Positions 1-14,564 are shown, counted from the stretch's first letter. The stretch is 64,000 bases of DNA from Octopus sinensis (GCF_006345805.1 NC_043011.1:62694464-62758463), one strand, 5' to 3'. The notes: generated from the sequence alone by a model not told the origin. Made by a program: numbers and translations.

Positions 1-960
1 AGCTCCAGCAAATCGTCAATGAAGAAGCAGACCGAACTCAACTCCAGTCTGATCTATATGCTGTGAGTCAATGGGCAGACAGAAACAAAATGCAACTGAA
101 CGAGGGAAAATTTGAGCTGATGCATTTTGGAAGAAAGTCCACGCTAAAATAGCCATACTCTCTTCCTTCAGGGGAACCGCTCACAGCCTCTAACAATATC
201 AGAGACCTGGGTGTAATTGTTGACGATCTCAGTTGGAGTGCATACATCAACAATAAGGTCGATATAGCTCGAAGGATGAGTTCCTGGATCTTAAGAACTT
301 TCCGGTCCAGAGAACAAGGTGTCATCATACCACTTTTCTCCTCCTTTGTACTTCCACACCTCGAATACTGCTGCCCACTCTGGTCTCCTCATACAAGACA
401 AAACATCTCGAGGATTGAATCACCCCAGAGGGCACTCACTAAACGAATTGAAGGCATGGCTGCTCTCGATTATTGGGACCACCTTAAAGCCTTGAAACTC
501 TACTCCCTCCAGCGTCGCCGTGAGCGGTACATCATTTGTACGATGTGGAGAATATACAGACAACTTTGCCCAAACGACCTGAACATTAGCTTCAAGCTTC
601 ATCCAAGACTTGGATCACGGGCCATACGTCCCCTGCCCAATTCAAGATCACAGCATACATGTACACTGCAACATAATTTCTTTTCATCAACGGGCCCCGC
701 CCTATTTAACATTGTCCCGAAAGAGATCAAAGAGGAAAAGGATCCCATCAACTTTAAACGGAATCTGGATAGATTCCTTCAAGGAATACCAGATAAGCCA
801 CCTATAATTGGATACAACTCACCCAACAAAAACTCACTACTTGAATGGACCATAAACAAAACTTGACTTAAACAGGATTCAGATAATCCTATCAGGTGGT
901 GCTATTAAGTTAGACAAGGCCTGGACCAATCTTTGGTCGAAACATATCTAAGTTTTATCT
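1..960 (+). mobile_element. CR1-clade LINE, 3' part of ORF2 plus 3' UTR (degenerate)
   Basis: Frame 3 reads LQSDLYAVSQWADRNKMQLNEGKFELMHFG..IRDLGVIVD (stop at 148-150), continuing into ORF 276-866 with VLPHLEYCCPLWSP and LKLYSLQRRRER. These are typical post-RT CR1 motifs. Confidence 0.85.
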
Positions 961-1419
961 AACGCACACACATACATTTACACACAAACACATATATTTT
1001 AAACAAGAATGTTATTGACTCTGATTTTGATGTTTCTGTTAGTTAAACCGTTACCCGACGGCAATACTGGAAGGTAACCTTGTCTTTATATAGTCTCAGT
1101 TTCAATGAAAATCTTCCTTGGGCGTGTGGAAAATATCGTAAATAACAACAATAATACTGTAAAGAAATGCACCATGTAAAATATACCACCTACTTTTATT
1201 CTTAGGTGGACCCCTAAGAAATTCCATTGCATATAAAGTGGTGACGCACCCAATTGCTAAGGTTTTAAATGCGGCACTTTGTACTTTTGATCTTGGCAGA
1301 GGGTAAAGATTTAAAATTCCAATAAGACTAGAAATATATAAAATTCTTGTCATATCGTGTGCGACCCTCACAATGGGAAGGGAACTAATTATAAAGAATT
1401 GCTTGCCAAGTTCTGCGTA

Positions 1420-1815
1420 TTCTTTTATTCTTGTCTTTGTTTCAGTCATTCGACTACGGCCATACTGGAGCAGCACCTTTAGCCGAAGACATCGAACACC
1501 AGGACTTATCCTTTGCAAGCCTAGTGCTTATTCTATTGCCGAACCGCTAAGTTACGGGGACGTAAACATACGAGCATCGGTTGTTAAGCGATGTTGGAGG
1601 AACAAGCACAGATGCACATACATACACACAGCGCACACACACACACACATATATGTATATATATACGATGGGCTTCTTTCAGTTTCCGTCTAACAAATCA
1701 ACTCACAAGGCTTTGGACAGCCCGCGTTAGGCTATAGGAGAAGGCACTTTTCGAAGGTGCCACGCTATGGGACTGAACGCGGGACCATGTGTTTGGTAAA
1801 TAAGTTACTCACTAC
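1420..1815 (-). mobile_element. tRNA-derived SINE, family A
   Basis: Reverse match to copies at 21964 and 59201: tail TTTCAGTCATT..GCTGGAGC, internal CA/TA repeat, head GGGACTGAAC. Confidence 0.8.
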
Positions 1816-1819
1816 ACAT

Positions 1820-2447
1820 CCACTCCAGCGTGTAGCACGACGAAACTTTTCTGCACGCTCCCGTCTACTGCCTGTGCATTGCGGGGTTGTGGATTTATGT
1901 CGAACAATTGCGGTCAAGTGTAGGACGGCTCTGTCTATCAGATGATTTCATCGTGAAAATCCCCACTTCCTCGGGAAGTCTAGGCTATGTTTCTTTGTCT
2001 GATGACCTTAGCGAAAGTGGTTGTCTGGTGGACCAAGCTGAAAGGCCCGAAGACAGGCACTTTCCTCTTTGGTCAAGCCCTCATCAACTTTTTCAAGTTT
2101 GACTTGAAAAGGAAAATGAGTGTAGAAAGGAAAGTGTTGTTTCCCAGCAATTTTGCTAAAAAGTAGCTTGAATGGCGCGAGTGAACGGGTCTCCTCTAAG
2201 CATGCGCTTCTAGATCGAGGGTTGATGACGCGGAGGGGCCATATGCCCTAGAGGTCAGAGAGATCATGGGTCTTGTGTGCTTTCCACGGAGCGTCTTTGG
2301 AAGCCTTCCTTGGGGAAGAGGGGCTTTATTTGTTACAATTATTTTACCGCTTTGGTTTTTCACGGGATTAAATCTGACTCTATTTGCTTTGGGTTATCCT
2401 GTGCCGTCCCAAACCTTTTATATAATAAACCCTGTGATAAATAAAAA
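1820..2447 (+). mobile_element. L1/Tx1-type LINE 3' end (CCHC region, 3' UTR, AATAAA)
   Basis: Broken frames give DETFLHAPVYCLCIAGLWIYVEQL and INFFKFDLKRKMSVERKVL, followed by a T-rich UTR ending AATAAAAA. Confidence 0.6.
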
Positions 2448-2505
2448 GTTGTTGTTGTTGTTTTTGTTATTATTATTATTATTGTTGTTGTTGTTGTTGT
2501 TGTTG

Positions 2506-2550
<45 letters not shown>

Positions 2551-2565
2551 TATTATTATTACTAC

Positions 2566-4780
2566 TTTTTTTTTTCTTCTTTCAAATTTGCTTCCATTTC
2601 TTGCCGAGTGTCTTCCCGACTCCTAGGGCAAAGAAACTCATAGCATACATTGGTAGGCCATTAAACCAAACTCAGTAGATCGTTCATTTTTTTATTTTAT
2701 TTTTTTTTAAGTTAAATTAAAATACATGAGCAGCAACAGTTCTCACATCGACAACGCTCTTCTCAATACGTGTGATGTACCAGTTAAGACAATCTTTTGC
2801 ACTTCTAGCAGGGATGGTAAGCCAGGGATCATTCTCATATAATTTTCGGTTCCCTTCTTGATCATTCCTAGTGCTCCTACGATCACTGGTATTGTAACCG
2901 CCTTGAGATGCCACATTTCTCAATTTCACTGAGTAGGTCTTTATATTTTCTGAGCTTGTCAAACACTTTCGCTGAGATATTATGATCACAGGGGATGCTC
3001 ATGTCGATCAATAAGCAAACTTTATTGTTTTGGTCTTTCACAACAATATCTGGTTTATTGGCCTTGAAGGTTCGGTCTGTATGTACTGGAAAGTCCCACA
3101 GAATGGTTACATTTTCTCCTTCAGTTACAGCCTCAGGGTGGTGATTATACCACTTGTCGGTAGTTTTGATATTGTAATGCCGACTTATTAGCCAGTGGAG
3201 ATATTGGCCAACTCTGTCATGTCTTAATTTATACTCCACTGGTGCTAAGACTTTACATCCAGAGATTAGATGGTCCACTGTTTCAATCATGTCGTTGCAG
3301 AACCGGCATTTTGGGTCTGCTCCATTTTTCATCACATTGGCCTGGTAGTTCCGAGTTAATAGGCTTTGATCTTGAGCAGCCAGGATGAAACCTTCGCTCT
3401 CTGCTTTTAGCCCTGAGCTCCGTATCCACTGATGTGTTTGCTTCTGGTAAACATCAGCTTGTTTGCTGCGGGTCACATATTTGCCGTGCAGAGGTTTCTC
3501 CTCCCACCTATCAGCCAATTGCTCGTGCGCTTTTTTCGTTGCCATCATTTTCACCTTCTTTGCAACAATAGTTGCCGTACTTCCCTCGGGTTGTTCAGTT
3601 TGGGTATCCTGCACGAGATCAATAGCAAATTTTTTGCTTTCCTTTATGATAGAATGAAGCTACTTTCGTCTCTCGTGATTTCCACGAGCTTTAGCATCCA
3701 GTCATTCGATATTTCGAGATATTTGGCCAGTCCAATTGTGGTTGTTTTGTAAGCTAGTTCAAATTGGATCAGGCCTCGACCTCCTTGGGCTCTAGGAAGG
3801 TAAAGGCGATCTACGTCTGCCTTTGGGTGGTGCATCCTATTACAACTCAGCAGCTTGCGTATTTTCTATCTATATTCTTTACTTCACTCATATTCCAGTT
3901 CAACACATTGTAGCTATAAGTAACAACTGGAACTGCTAAGGAATTTATAGCTAACACCTTGTTACGTGCATTTAGTTCAGATTTCAGGACTGCACGAACT
4001 CTCCTATAACATTCCTTCCTGATTTTCTCTTTCATGCTTGCATGCTGAATACCAGAGCCTTCATTTATCCCTAAATATTTGTATGTTTGTTCTTGCTCAA
4101 GCTCTCTTATGACTGTGTCAACATCTAACACGACTGAATTTGTGGTCTTCACTTTCCCTTTCTGGAAAGTGGCCTTAGCACACTTCTCAAGTCCAAACTC
4201 CATCCCGATGTCATCGCTGAATTCTTTCACGGTGTGCAATAGGCCTTCAAGTTCATTATTGTCTTTACCATAAAGTTTTAAGTCATCCATATAAAATAGA
4301 TGGCTTATTTTTTTATTGGCAATTTTATACCCATACCCTGTTCTGTTTAATTCACTTGTAAGGGGTATTAGGGCTATGCAGAATATTAAAGGTGAAAGTG
4401 AGTCACCTTGAAAAATTCCACAGTTGATGTTTATATTTTCGGAGGCAAGTACTCCATTAGAGTGGTATAATTGGAGATTCGTATTCCACAACGACATATT
4501 GTGCTTCAGGAAGTTTGAAATCACAGGGGAAACTTTGAAGATGTCCAGCGATCTCAAGATCCATGGATGCGGTATACTGTCGAAGGCCTTTTTGTAGTCA
4601 ATCCATGCGGTGCTGAGATTTCTGCGCTTGTTGTGACAGTTCTCAAGGATCATACGATTGATTAGCAGTTGATCTTTGCATCCGTAAGAGCCTCGGCGGC
4701 ACCCTTTTTTTCAATGGGGAAAATATCATCTTCTCCATGAATGCATATGTTTTCTCCGCCAGGATAGATGTTAGGATTTT
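2566..4780 (-). mobile_element. Dong/R4-clade non-LTR retrotransposon, 5'-truncated and frameshifted (RT, CCHC, restriction-like endonuclease)
   Basis: ORF 3847-4653 has WIDYKKAFDSIPH, GIFQGDSLSP and FYMDDLKL. ORF 2883-3614 has CRFC..ETVDHLISGC, LRHD and NKPDIVV..LIDMSIP. (TTA)n flanks both sides. Confidence 0.92.
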
Positions 4781-4821
4781 ATTATTATTATTATTATTAT
4801 TATTATATTATTATTATTATA

Positions 4822-4859
<38 letters not shown>

Positions 4860-4873
4860 TATTTTATTATTAT

Positions 4874-5230
4874 AACTCCGCCTTAGCGAAGACGGAGATT
4901 GTCTTCAGGTGTTTCTGTTGTCCGTGGACAAGATATCTCAGAACCGCTAAATGGATTCGAATGAAACTTTCCGGGATATTGGCAACGTGGCTGGCAGAAA
5001 CCGATTAGATTTTGCGATCGATCCGTTACTGGGCAAGGATTCTGGATTATTTTTCCTGTTCTATTTTTACAAAAATTTTGAGTGCGTTCGCGTTCATTTT
5101 TTGTATTCCCTTTTGTGAGAGCAGTCGAGTTTATTTCAGATATTCTCATTTTAAAACTCATCTCTAGGAAATCGATAAGAGGAGGTGGTGTTGTTTGGGC
5201 GAAGGTTTGCCCTTTCTGAGTGCTCTTGTT
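4874..5230 (+). mobile_element. Non-autonomous Helentron (HINE/DINE-like)
   Basis: 5' palindrome CTCCGCCTTAGCGAAGACGGAG and 3' hairpin GGGCGAAGGTTTGCCC; sits in (TTA)n. Related copies at 35213 and 54155-55143. Confidence 0.6.
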
Positions 5231-5243
5231 ATTATTATTATTA

Positions 5244-5304
<61 letters not shown>

Positions 5305-5485
5305 GATTATTATTAATTATTGTTATTATTATTATTATCATTATTATTATTATTATAAAAATTATTATTATTATCATTATTATTATTATTATTATTATTA
5401 CTATTATTATCATTATTATTATCATTATTATTATTATTATTATTACTATTTATCATTATTATTATCATTATTATCATTATGATTA

Positions 5486-5522
<37 letters not shown>

Positions 5523-5679
5523 GTATTATTGTTATTATTATTATTATTACTATTATTATCATTATTGATCATTATTATTATTTATTATTATCATTATTAT
5601 TATTTTATGTTATTATTATTATTATTATTATTATTATGTTTGTGACAATGGTTATGGTGGTGAGGTGGTAATTTTGATA

Positions 5680-5720
<41 letters not shown>

Positions 5721-5770
5721 CTATCAGCGACGAGGACACACGCCATGATGATGATGATGTGATGATAGTA
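5231..5770. repeat. Compound (TTA)n/(CTG)n/(GAT)n microsatellite
   Basis: Direct reading. Confidence 0.95.
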
Positions 5771-6019
5771 TATAAACGCAGCCATGAAGTGCAGAGAATG
5801 AAAGGCAAGAGCTAAAACAAAACAAAAAGAAATATAAAAAGAAATGCAATTTCTTTAAAAAATCATCAAAGAAAGAAAGCTAAAATATTTTGGACATTTA
5901 ATTAGAAAAAGTAATTTAAGAAGTTTTTTTTTATTGAGTAGAATTCAAAATGAATGGTAAAAGAAGCAAATAGGAATATATTGGAGAGATTCTATCAAAA
6001 GTTAGACTGAGAGGAGACA

Positions 6020-6315
6020 ATATCGTCGTCGTCGTCATCTTCTTCTTCTTCTTCTCCATCTTCTTCTCCTTATCCTCATCCTTCTTCTTCTTCTTCTTCT
6101 TCGTCTTCATCTTCTATTTCTTCCTCTCCTTCTCCTTCTTTTTCGTCCTCTTTCCCCTCTTTCTCGTCTTCTTCTTTTTCTTCTTATTCTCCATCTTTTT
6201 CTTCATCTTCCTTCCCTTCTTCTTCCTCTTTTCTCTTTCTACTTCTCTTTTTTTTCCTTCTCTTCTTCTTCTTGTCATCATATTCCTCCTCCTCCTCATT
6301 ATCATCATCTTCATC
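6020..6315. repeat. Degenerate (CTT)n polypyrimidine tract
   Basis: Direct reading. Confidence 0.9.
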
Positions 6316-6329
6316 AATCCGTAGATATT

Positions 6330-6592
6330 ACTGCCTCATTTCATGGGCCACATTAGGCTGATCACCCGGTTTCCATCGCACGTTCCATCGACCGATATCA
6401 CCAAACCATTCCTGAACGACGCGACGCCAGTCCGTCGAAGAATTATTCATTTACAACAGCGTGGACTGGAGCAACGTGAAATGAAGTGTTTTCTTCAAGT
6501 ACATAATGCACGTCCCTGTCCTGGAATCGAAACTACAATCTTGGAACCGTGAGTGTAACGCCCCCGCCCCCACCAACCACTAAACCACGCAT
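6330..6592 (-). mobile_element. SINE, family B head with V-domain-like body (diverged)
   Basis: Shares GTGGACTGGAGCAACGTGAAATGAAGTGT and the head with 50840-51087. Confidence 0.65.
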
Positions 6593-7519
6593 CTAGAGCA
6601 ATACCATATAACTTGGCGAAGTAATACTAGAGGAAATAGGGCACTGTGTGATGGTGCATTTTAAAAACCATTAAATTTACTAGAGCAAGTGTAGAAGACA
6701 AACTACACGGTATGGCTGTAGAGTCTAATAACGCACGACTTCCTGAAGCAAACATAAATATTTTTATATGCGATTGTTCATAATAATATCATACGCTATT
6801 CTGATATTACATAGGACACTTTCTTATGATTTACTGGAACAAAAGTGGAGGAGCAGATACATTGCGCTCTGATACGGTGTAATATTATCAGCTTCACTTG
6901 AGCAAGAGTGGAAGAAGCTATATTATTTACGCTGAACTTACGACATTCTGTTGTCACATTGATTAATACTAATGACTTTTATGTACTCGGCATTTCGTTG
7001 TGCAACCATAATATACTATAAAACATATTAAGCATTTTATAAGCCAACACCACGTTCTCCTGTGTTAGCAGTGCGCTTTTTACATTAATTCTTCACGTTA
7101 TCTTTACAGATCTGAAAAAATTATAGCCAGCACTGATTATTGTGAAACGTTTCGTATACGAGACGACAGATGTAAACAAACAAATGAGATCGAAGTGAGA
7201 AAATGGTAATGGGTGTGTATACTAAATTCGGGGTTGTTTTCCCTTGTCTCATCTTCGATCTCATTGTTTCTTTATACCCGACGTCCTGAATACGAAACGT
7301 TGTAGCCAAGAATAAGTGCTGGCTATAATCTCTATTGAATATCTTTAGAGATAACCGTAACACATACCATTGGGTAATGTCATATACTGTAATGAGAGCA
7401 GCGTTGGAGAAAGGCAGTATAAACCAGGTGATACTGCACTGTCAAGCTCTATACTTAGCGACTATTAAATTTGGAAACTTGGCGATGGGAGACGGGACAT
7501 ACGTTTTAAATTTTACTTG

Positions 7520-7716
7520 ATCCAGTCATTAAAATGTGGCCATGCTGGAGCCCCGCACTGAGGGCTTTAGTCGAAAGTTAATGTTTTCTTTTTAAAGGCC
7601 GGTACTTATTCATTTGTATTGCTTCGCAGCCGAAAGGTTCAGTGACGAGGACGTAAACAAACCAACACTGATTGCCAAGTATTCACGAAAGGACAACCAC
7701 ATTCACCAGGCATACA

Positions 7717-7749
<33 letters not shown>

Positions 7750-7970
7750 CACACGCACACACACCCACACACACACACGCACACACACACGCACACACAC
7801 ACACCTGTATGTATGACGTGTTTTCACAAAGTTTCACTCTACTGAAAAGACATTGGACGGCCCAGAGTCACAGTAGTAGACAGTTGTGGATCGTACCTTG
7901 CAATGGAATCGAACGCGAAACCAAATATTTGCAAAGCGTATTGCTTGAGCACACTGCCATGCTTCTGCTT
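7520..7970 (-). mobile_element. SINE family A, old copy
   Basis: CAGTCATT..GGCCATGCTGGAGC tail, (CA)n centre, degenerate head. Confidence 0.65.
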
Positions 7971-9898
7971 GGTGTAATATTGTATCTACGCCATAGATTT
8001 AGTACAATTGTTACTAAGATGAAATAGTTTTCATTTCATACGTATTCTATAAGCAATAGTCGGATGAAATTCCACATCATGTTTGCAGATTTTTAATATG
8101 ATATTGATCGACTGAAAATAGCAAAAATAAATTTTACCTTTAACTTCTGAGAGATTATTTTATGTTATATTAATGCTGTAACTTCACAAAACTTTCTTAT
8201 ATACGCTTATGAATGCACTATGTAAACCTTGTGTTCTCGTCCGAACAGATAGACATATTAGCCACATTTCAATTCAGTATCTCTAACGGCACAAAAGGAA
8301 GAACTATGAGATAGCTTTTGTTTCATAAAAATAGCCATAGTTACAGCGCACGTCATATAAAGAAATAAGAGATGTCATCGGCAAAATCTGTTGGATCAAG
8401 GTATTCTTGTGCATAGGTAAGAAGAGAAAGCTAACAATAGAAAGGAGAACCACCACAGCATCAAAAAAGCTTGATTCCACGCTAGTTGAACTCAAATCTA
8501 CAGTATGACGAAACACTAAGATTACACCGTTCTTTGCTAATTTGATGTCTGCTAAAGGCTGCGTATTAAAAGCACTCAATTCCGCCATGCTTAATTACAT
8601 CGTTACAAGAGAAGTTTCTGGTCCGTAAAAAATAGACATCTAGGAAAAGAACACAATGTAGTTTACGTATGAACACGCACTTTCATATTTTTTGTTATAT
8701 ATATGCATTTATAAACATATATGTATGTGCGTATGTGTGTGTGTGTGTATGCATGCGTCCATGTGTGTGTGTGTGTGCGTCTGCGCACGTTGTGTATACA
8801 CTTATATGTATATATATATGTGTATATATATTTATATTATGTATTTAAATATGACCATAAAAACCATATATATCAGTATGTATATATATATATATATGTA
8901 TGTATTTATATCTATCTGTCTGTCTGTCTATCTATCAATCAATCTATCTATCTATCTATCTATCGATGTGTGTAGGCATTACATACATACATACATAATA
9001 ATATATATATAGATATATATATATTATATATAATATATTCATATATATAGATATATATACATATATATATATATATTATATATAATATATTCATATATAT
9101 ATATATATATACATATATATAATATATATATATATACATATAATATATATATATACTATTATATATATATATTCATATTCTATTATATATAGATACATAT
9201 ATATTATATATTTATATATACATGTATTCATATATATATACATATATATATACATATACACTACACACATATATATATAATAATATATATATGCGTATAT
9301 GCCTTTATGCGCACGTATGTGCGTATTTGTTTATGTGTCCGTGTGTGCGCGCGCGCGTGTGTGCATAATGGCATCGTCGCAGAAATGGCATTTATGGAAA
9401 CGTCGTAGAATAGTCGAAAACGTTTTGCTAAGCAGACTAGAAGCCAATAAGTAATATAATTATCGGTGCTAAAAATAAAGTCCTTATGCGCAGAATTTAA
9501 AGATAATAGCCTATTTGCTTAATATACTTACAAGGTCTCCAAGACTATAGCGGAAATGTTAAATGGCTTTCTAAAACTTCTAATGTATAAGTGCTCGCTG
9601 AGAAGGAAGTTGTTAAAATTTCTCCTTTGTTTTATTTATTTGTTTGATTTGTTTTATTTTTCTGTCTGTGTTCTTAATATTTTGCTTTTTGTTTTGTTGT
9701 TCATAAACTAAGATAGCAAAAAAAAGAAATAAATGAATATAAAAATTAATATGTCATTTATAATTTGCCAGTTATTAAGGATATGTCTCGATATAATTTT
9801 ATATTAAGGATGCAAAACTGTAGGATCGTATTTTAACGCAGTCACCCTGAGGACGGTGTGTGTGTCTATATATGTATATATATATAATATATATATAT

Positions 9899-9937
<39 letters not shown>

Positions 9938-10862
9938 TGTGTGTATATGTATGTGTATATATTTAAGTATGTATATATAATCAAGGACAGAATATAAGAC
10001 GTGTGATGTTTGGCACTTTTAGTTAATAGTCTTAGATTGCAAAGACGTAGCTGAGTTGTTAAGCAGTTCATTTACCAATTTCCCAAGAACACCATTTTGG
10101 GGTGAGACTGAATGTGCAATTTTTCAAACCTGCAACTCTTTAATAGCCTGAGAATAGCCTCAGACCCAGGCAGAATTTTATGCTTGTTACTTCATTATAA
10201 TAGCAAAACCAATAGATTTATAAATTGTACATCATAATTATATTGAAAATTTTCTACCTATCTTCCGCCCGTTTCCCTTAAAAATTCAAATCTTTACTTC
10301 ACGTTGTAAAAGGGCCTCAGACTGCAATCATCAATGACTGATTTCAATGATTCTTCCTAGCAATGGTTTTGCCCGTATACCAGAAAGCAGCGACTATGTA
10401 TGTATGCATGTATATATGTGTGTGTATATGTGTGTGTGTGCATACCTGTATTGCTTCCCTGTTACTAGTGTCACTCAAGAGATCCCACACCATGCCACCT
10501 CACATAACTCGTTGTATGGGTCGTCTTCAACAAAACTAGCACCGGCCCTTATTAGGAAGGTCGAAAATCAATAGGCAAATATTTTAATACACTAACAATC
10601 CAAATTATTTGATGCCTGAATTATAGGAACCAAACTACGCCGCTGGAGAAGGTTGAAGCCAGAGTGGTTTGATGACAACAAATCGTTAAACTGTCCGTCA
10701 AAAGAATACCTTTCCCTATTTTTTCAGTACCTTTGTATTATAGACATAATAGCTTAAATTGTATCCTTCTACAGCCCTCATCAAATATTCTAATTCATAA
10801 ATATATTTAAATATATTTAAGATGTTTTTTCTCATATACATTGTATTTTGGATATGGAGATA

Positions 10863-11005
10863 TGTAGGCGCGTATACGAATGTTTGGTTGGAGAACCTGC
10901 TTCTCAGGCAAGTGGTCTTGTGTTAAACTCCACAGTGCGGCACCCTGGGCTGGGATTTTGTAGACAAGAGTGGATTTTGTAGACAAGAACTGAAAGAAGT
11001 CCATC
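10863..11005 (+). mobile_element. SINE family A, 5' half
   Basis: AGGCGC..GAGTGGATTTTGTAGAC..ACTGAAAGAAG. Confidence 0.6.
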
Positions 11006-11017
11006 ATGTATATATGT

Positions 11018-11072
<55 letters not shown>

Positions 11073-11289
11073 GTTGACAAGAACTGACCCGTCAGTAAAT
11101 CTAAACCATTTAATTCCAGATTCAAGAAATATATATTTTATATGAGAATTCGCTAAATAGACAAATTTGAAAAAAAAGACGGTGATATCAAATTACAGCA
11201 TGAATTATTCAACATAATTGGAATGAATATATAAAAGTGAACACTTACAGAACTTTGATTTACTTTTGCGTGACTTTTAGCCAAGCCCG

Positions 11290-11321
<32 letters not shown>

Positions 11322-11574
11322 CTCTCTGCCTCTGTGTGTATATATATATATACATATATGTGAGAATTTGAGGGTTTGAAAATGCATCTGGGTCTCAAAA
11401 CGTGAAGTCGTTTTAAAATATTGCAATAAATATATTCAAATACCAAACCAGTGTGGACATGTTTTGGCTTATTCGTGTAGCGAGTCACATCACGAAGATT
11501 TATATTTCTTTGGATTCAGGATAAGAAATATATTCGCAAGCACTCGCAATACATATACACAAAATTATATGCTT

Positions 11575-11846
<272 letters not shown>

Positions 11847-11855
11847 AAGAGAGAA

Positions 11856-11980
11856 ATATTCTTTTGTTTTCTACACTAGGCACAAGGCCCGAAATTTTGT
11901 GGGGAGGAGGACAGTCGATTAGATCGATTTCAGTACGCAACTGGTACTTAATTTATCGACCCGTAACGGAGGAAAGGCAT
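11856..11980 (-). mobile_element. SINE family C, 3' part
   Basis: Reverse match to 56052-56190 (GGGCCTTGTGCCTAG, GGGTCGATAAATTAAGTACCAG). Confidence 0.75.
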
Positions 11981-12797
11981 GCGTAACGATGGGGGGAAAT
12001 TGTCTTATTTTATAATTCATGTTATCTGGGACTATAAAATCTAATGTCTTCGATTTCTTAAGAAGAAGAAGAAGAATGTGATTTGGTGGAGATTATGCTG
12101 CTATTTCTAACAGTACCTAAGAAAACTATTGCAAATAACCATCGACTATATTTATGCTCTCTAGGGAATTTTCTCATTCACAATGTGGTTCCAATGCAGA
12201 ACTGAATTAGTATGTCATGTAATATTCTACAAAGTTACCATTCCATCATAAATCATAACAATTCTATGAACTCTAGTACTCCATTGCTGATCATTAACGT
12301 GGAAGTGATAAGTTGATTGATACGATTCTTGGTTCTGATGGATTACATAGCTTAAGGTCTTCGATTAACAGTTTAGAAGTTCCAATATTGTAACAGCACT
12401 TTGACTAATTTCAATATTGGAGATCGATCAATAAATTAGGCAATCGAATGATACAATTATAATGAATTATATGTGAGGTTAAATCGATAAATGTGGAAAT
12501 ATTATTACAAACACGTCCTTATATTTGATTTGTCAATCTTATATTGATTAATCAGATATATTTATCGATACTTGAAACACCAAGGTTATCCATTGACAGG
12601 TCTTATTTGAAATATTACGGAATTCGGCATTTTGGGTTCAAATGATGACCTGCAATTATCTAATTCCTTTCATCTAAAATTAGCCGCTCATGTAAGTTCG
12701 TAGGAGATATAATGGATGTACAATGGCAAATATTCATGGTGTTAAGTGATGACCACAGGCGAACATCACACATTATTGCTTTGAAGTTATTTTTAAT

Positions 12798-13240
12798 ACG
12801 CGCAGAAATGAGTGGCTGTGTGGTAAGAAGCTTACTTCTCACCCGCATGATTCCGGGTTCAGTCCCACTGCGTGGCAATTTGCTCAGTTGAATTCTATTC
12901 AAATTCCGGCCGATCAATTCCTTCTGAGTGGATTTTGTAGACGGAAACCGGAAGCCGTCCGTCGTGTATTTGTTTCAGTCATTTGACTGAAGCCATGCGG
13001 GAGCAGAATGTCTGACTGTCCTTGTGTCGGTGTTTGTACATAAATAGCGCTTCGAAATCGGTGTTGGTGTTCTGATGTCCCAGTCACATAACAGATCCAC
13101 GGATAGAATAATCACCGGACTTTTCAAAAAAGTACTGTTATGGGGGGATTCATTCGAGGAAAACCTCTTCGATGTGGTGCACCAGTATGGCCGAAGCCTA
13201 ATGACTGAAAGGTAAAATTACGGAAAAAGATAAAGAGATA
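12798..13240 (+). mobile_element. SINE family A, rearranged
   Basis: Head GAGTGGCTGTGTGGTAAG..GGTTCAGTCCCACTGCG and tail ATGACTGAAA. Contains an inverted tail fragment at about 12968-13008. Confidence 0.7.
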
Positions 13241-13357
13241 AGCCTGTTCACTGTTATATTATACATCATATATACATATATATATATATATATTATACAT
13301 ACTATAATATATATAATATATATATATATTATACATCATAACTGTTTTATGTAAATC

Positions 13358-13560
13358 CATAGATGCAGTGAAATGGTAGAATCGTTCGGACGACAGACGA
13401 GATTTCTTCTGCCTATACGTTCTAAGATCAAATTCCGCCGGTGCCACATTTACCTTTCCAAGTCGAATATACTGCGCACCAGTTGAGAACTAGAAGCAAA
13501 CAATCAACTAGACCCCCCCGCCTCCGAAAGTTCAAGCCTTGTGCCTGTAAGAGAAAAGAT
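13358..13560 (+). mobile_element. SINE family C, diverged
   Basis: TGGTAGAATCGTT..TCAAATTCCGCCG..GCCTTGTGCCT. Confidence 0.65.
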
Positions 13561-13681
13561 GATGTAAGTATATACATAAATTTTTATCTATATATAACCA
13601 TATATATATATACATATATATATATTAAAACTGTATACACACACACACACACATATATACATATATATATAAATACATGCA

Positions 13682-13927
13682 AAGGCGTACTCCGTCGGTT
13701 ACGACGACGAGGGCCCAGCTGGTGCGCTCAACGAAATAGCTTGCTCGTGAAATTAACGTGCAAGTGGCTGAGCATCCCACAGACAGGTGCACTCTTAATA
13801 TAGTTCTCAGGGAGATTCAGCGTGGCAGAGAGAGTGGCACGGCTGGCCCTTTTAAATACAGGTACAACTCATTTTTGCTAGCTGAGTGGCCTAGAGCCGA
13901 ATGCCCTAACAACTAAGCCTCGCGCTT
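13682..13927 (-). mobile_element. SINE family B, internally deleted
   Basis: CTCCGTCGGTTACGACGACGAGGG..GCTCGTGAAATTAACGTGC shared with 31873-32200. Confidence 0.8.
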
Positions 13928-13992
13928 TATAATATATATATAATTTCATATATATGCAGATTGTTATATGGCGACACGCACACTCACACACA

Positions 13993-14074
<82 letters not shown>

Positions 14075-14564
14075 GTTATATATCTACATACATATATAAA
14101 TATAGTTACCTAGCCACATATAAATGATTAGTTTTATTTATTTTCATAGTTTTGGTGATTCAAGATTTCTGTTGCCGTTTGTTGTCGTCAATATCTCAAG
14201 CGGCAATGAAGCTATTTCTCATATCTCATTTCCTACTTCAAATATTGTAATGTATATCTTTCTATTATCCTTTCTTGCTGTCTTCATTTAGCAGAGATTG
14301 CGCTTCGCTTTATTTTATGAAATGCTGAAACCTCTGATTCGGTTGTGATCTCAATAGATAATTGTGTAAACACCTATGTGTCTAATTTCAGCTTATATTT
14401 CGCACTTGTATCTACCTGAAATAATTTCATAACTGTTATATTACGAAAGGTGTCTTTATAGTATTTACCACTCAGGTATTATGTTGCTCGAATAATACTT
14501 CAATTTGTGAAACGACCGCATATATTCGCGTCAAATTTTGCTAGAAGGACAGCTATGTTGTGGT

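Noticed and set aside
1998-2030. CTGATGA..GAAA motif
   Set aside because: No pairing stems; lies inside an L1/Tx1 coding remnant.
12150-12790. Possible Penelope RT fossil on the minus strand
   Set aside because: Only vague motif resemblance with many stops; needs BLASTX.
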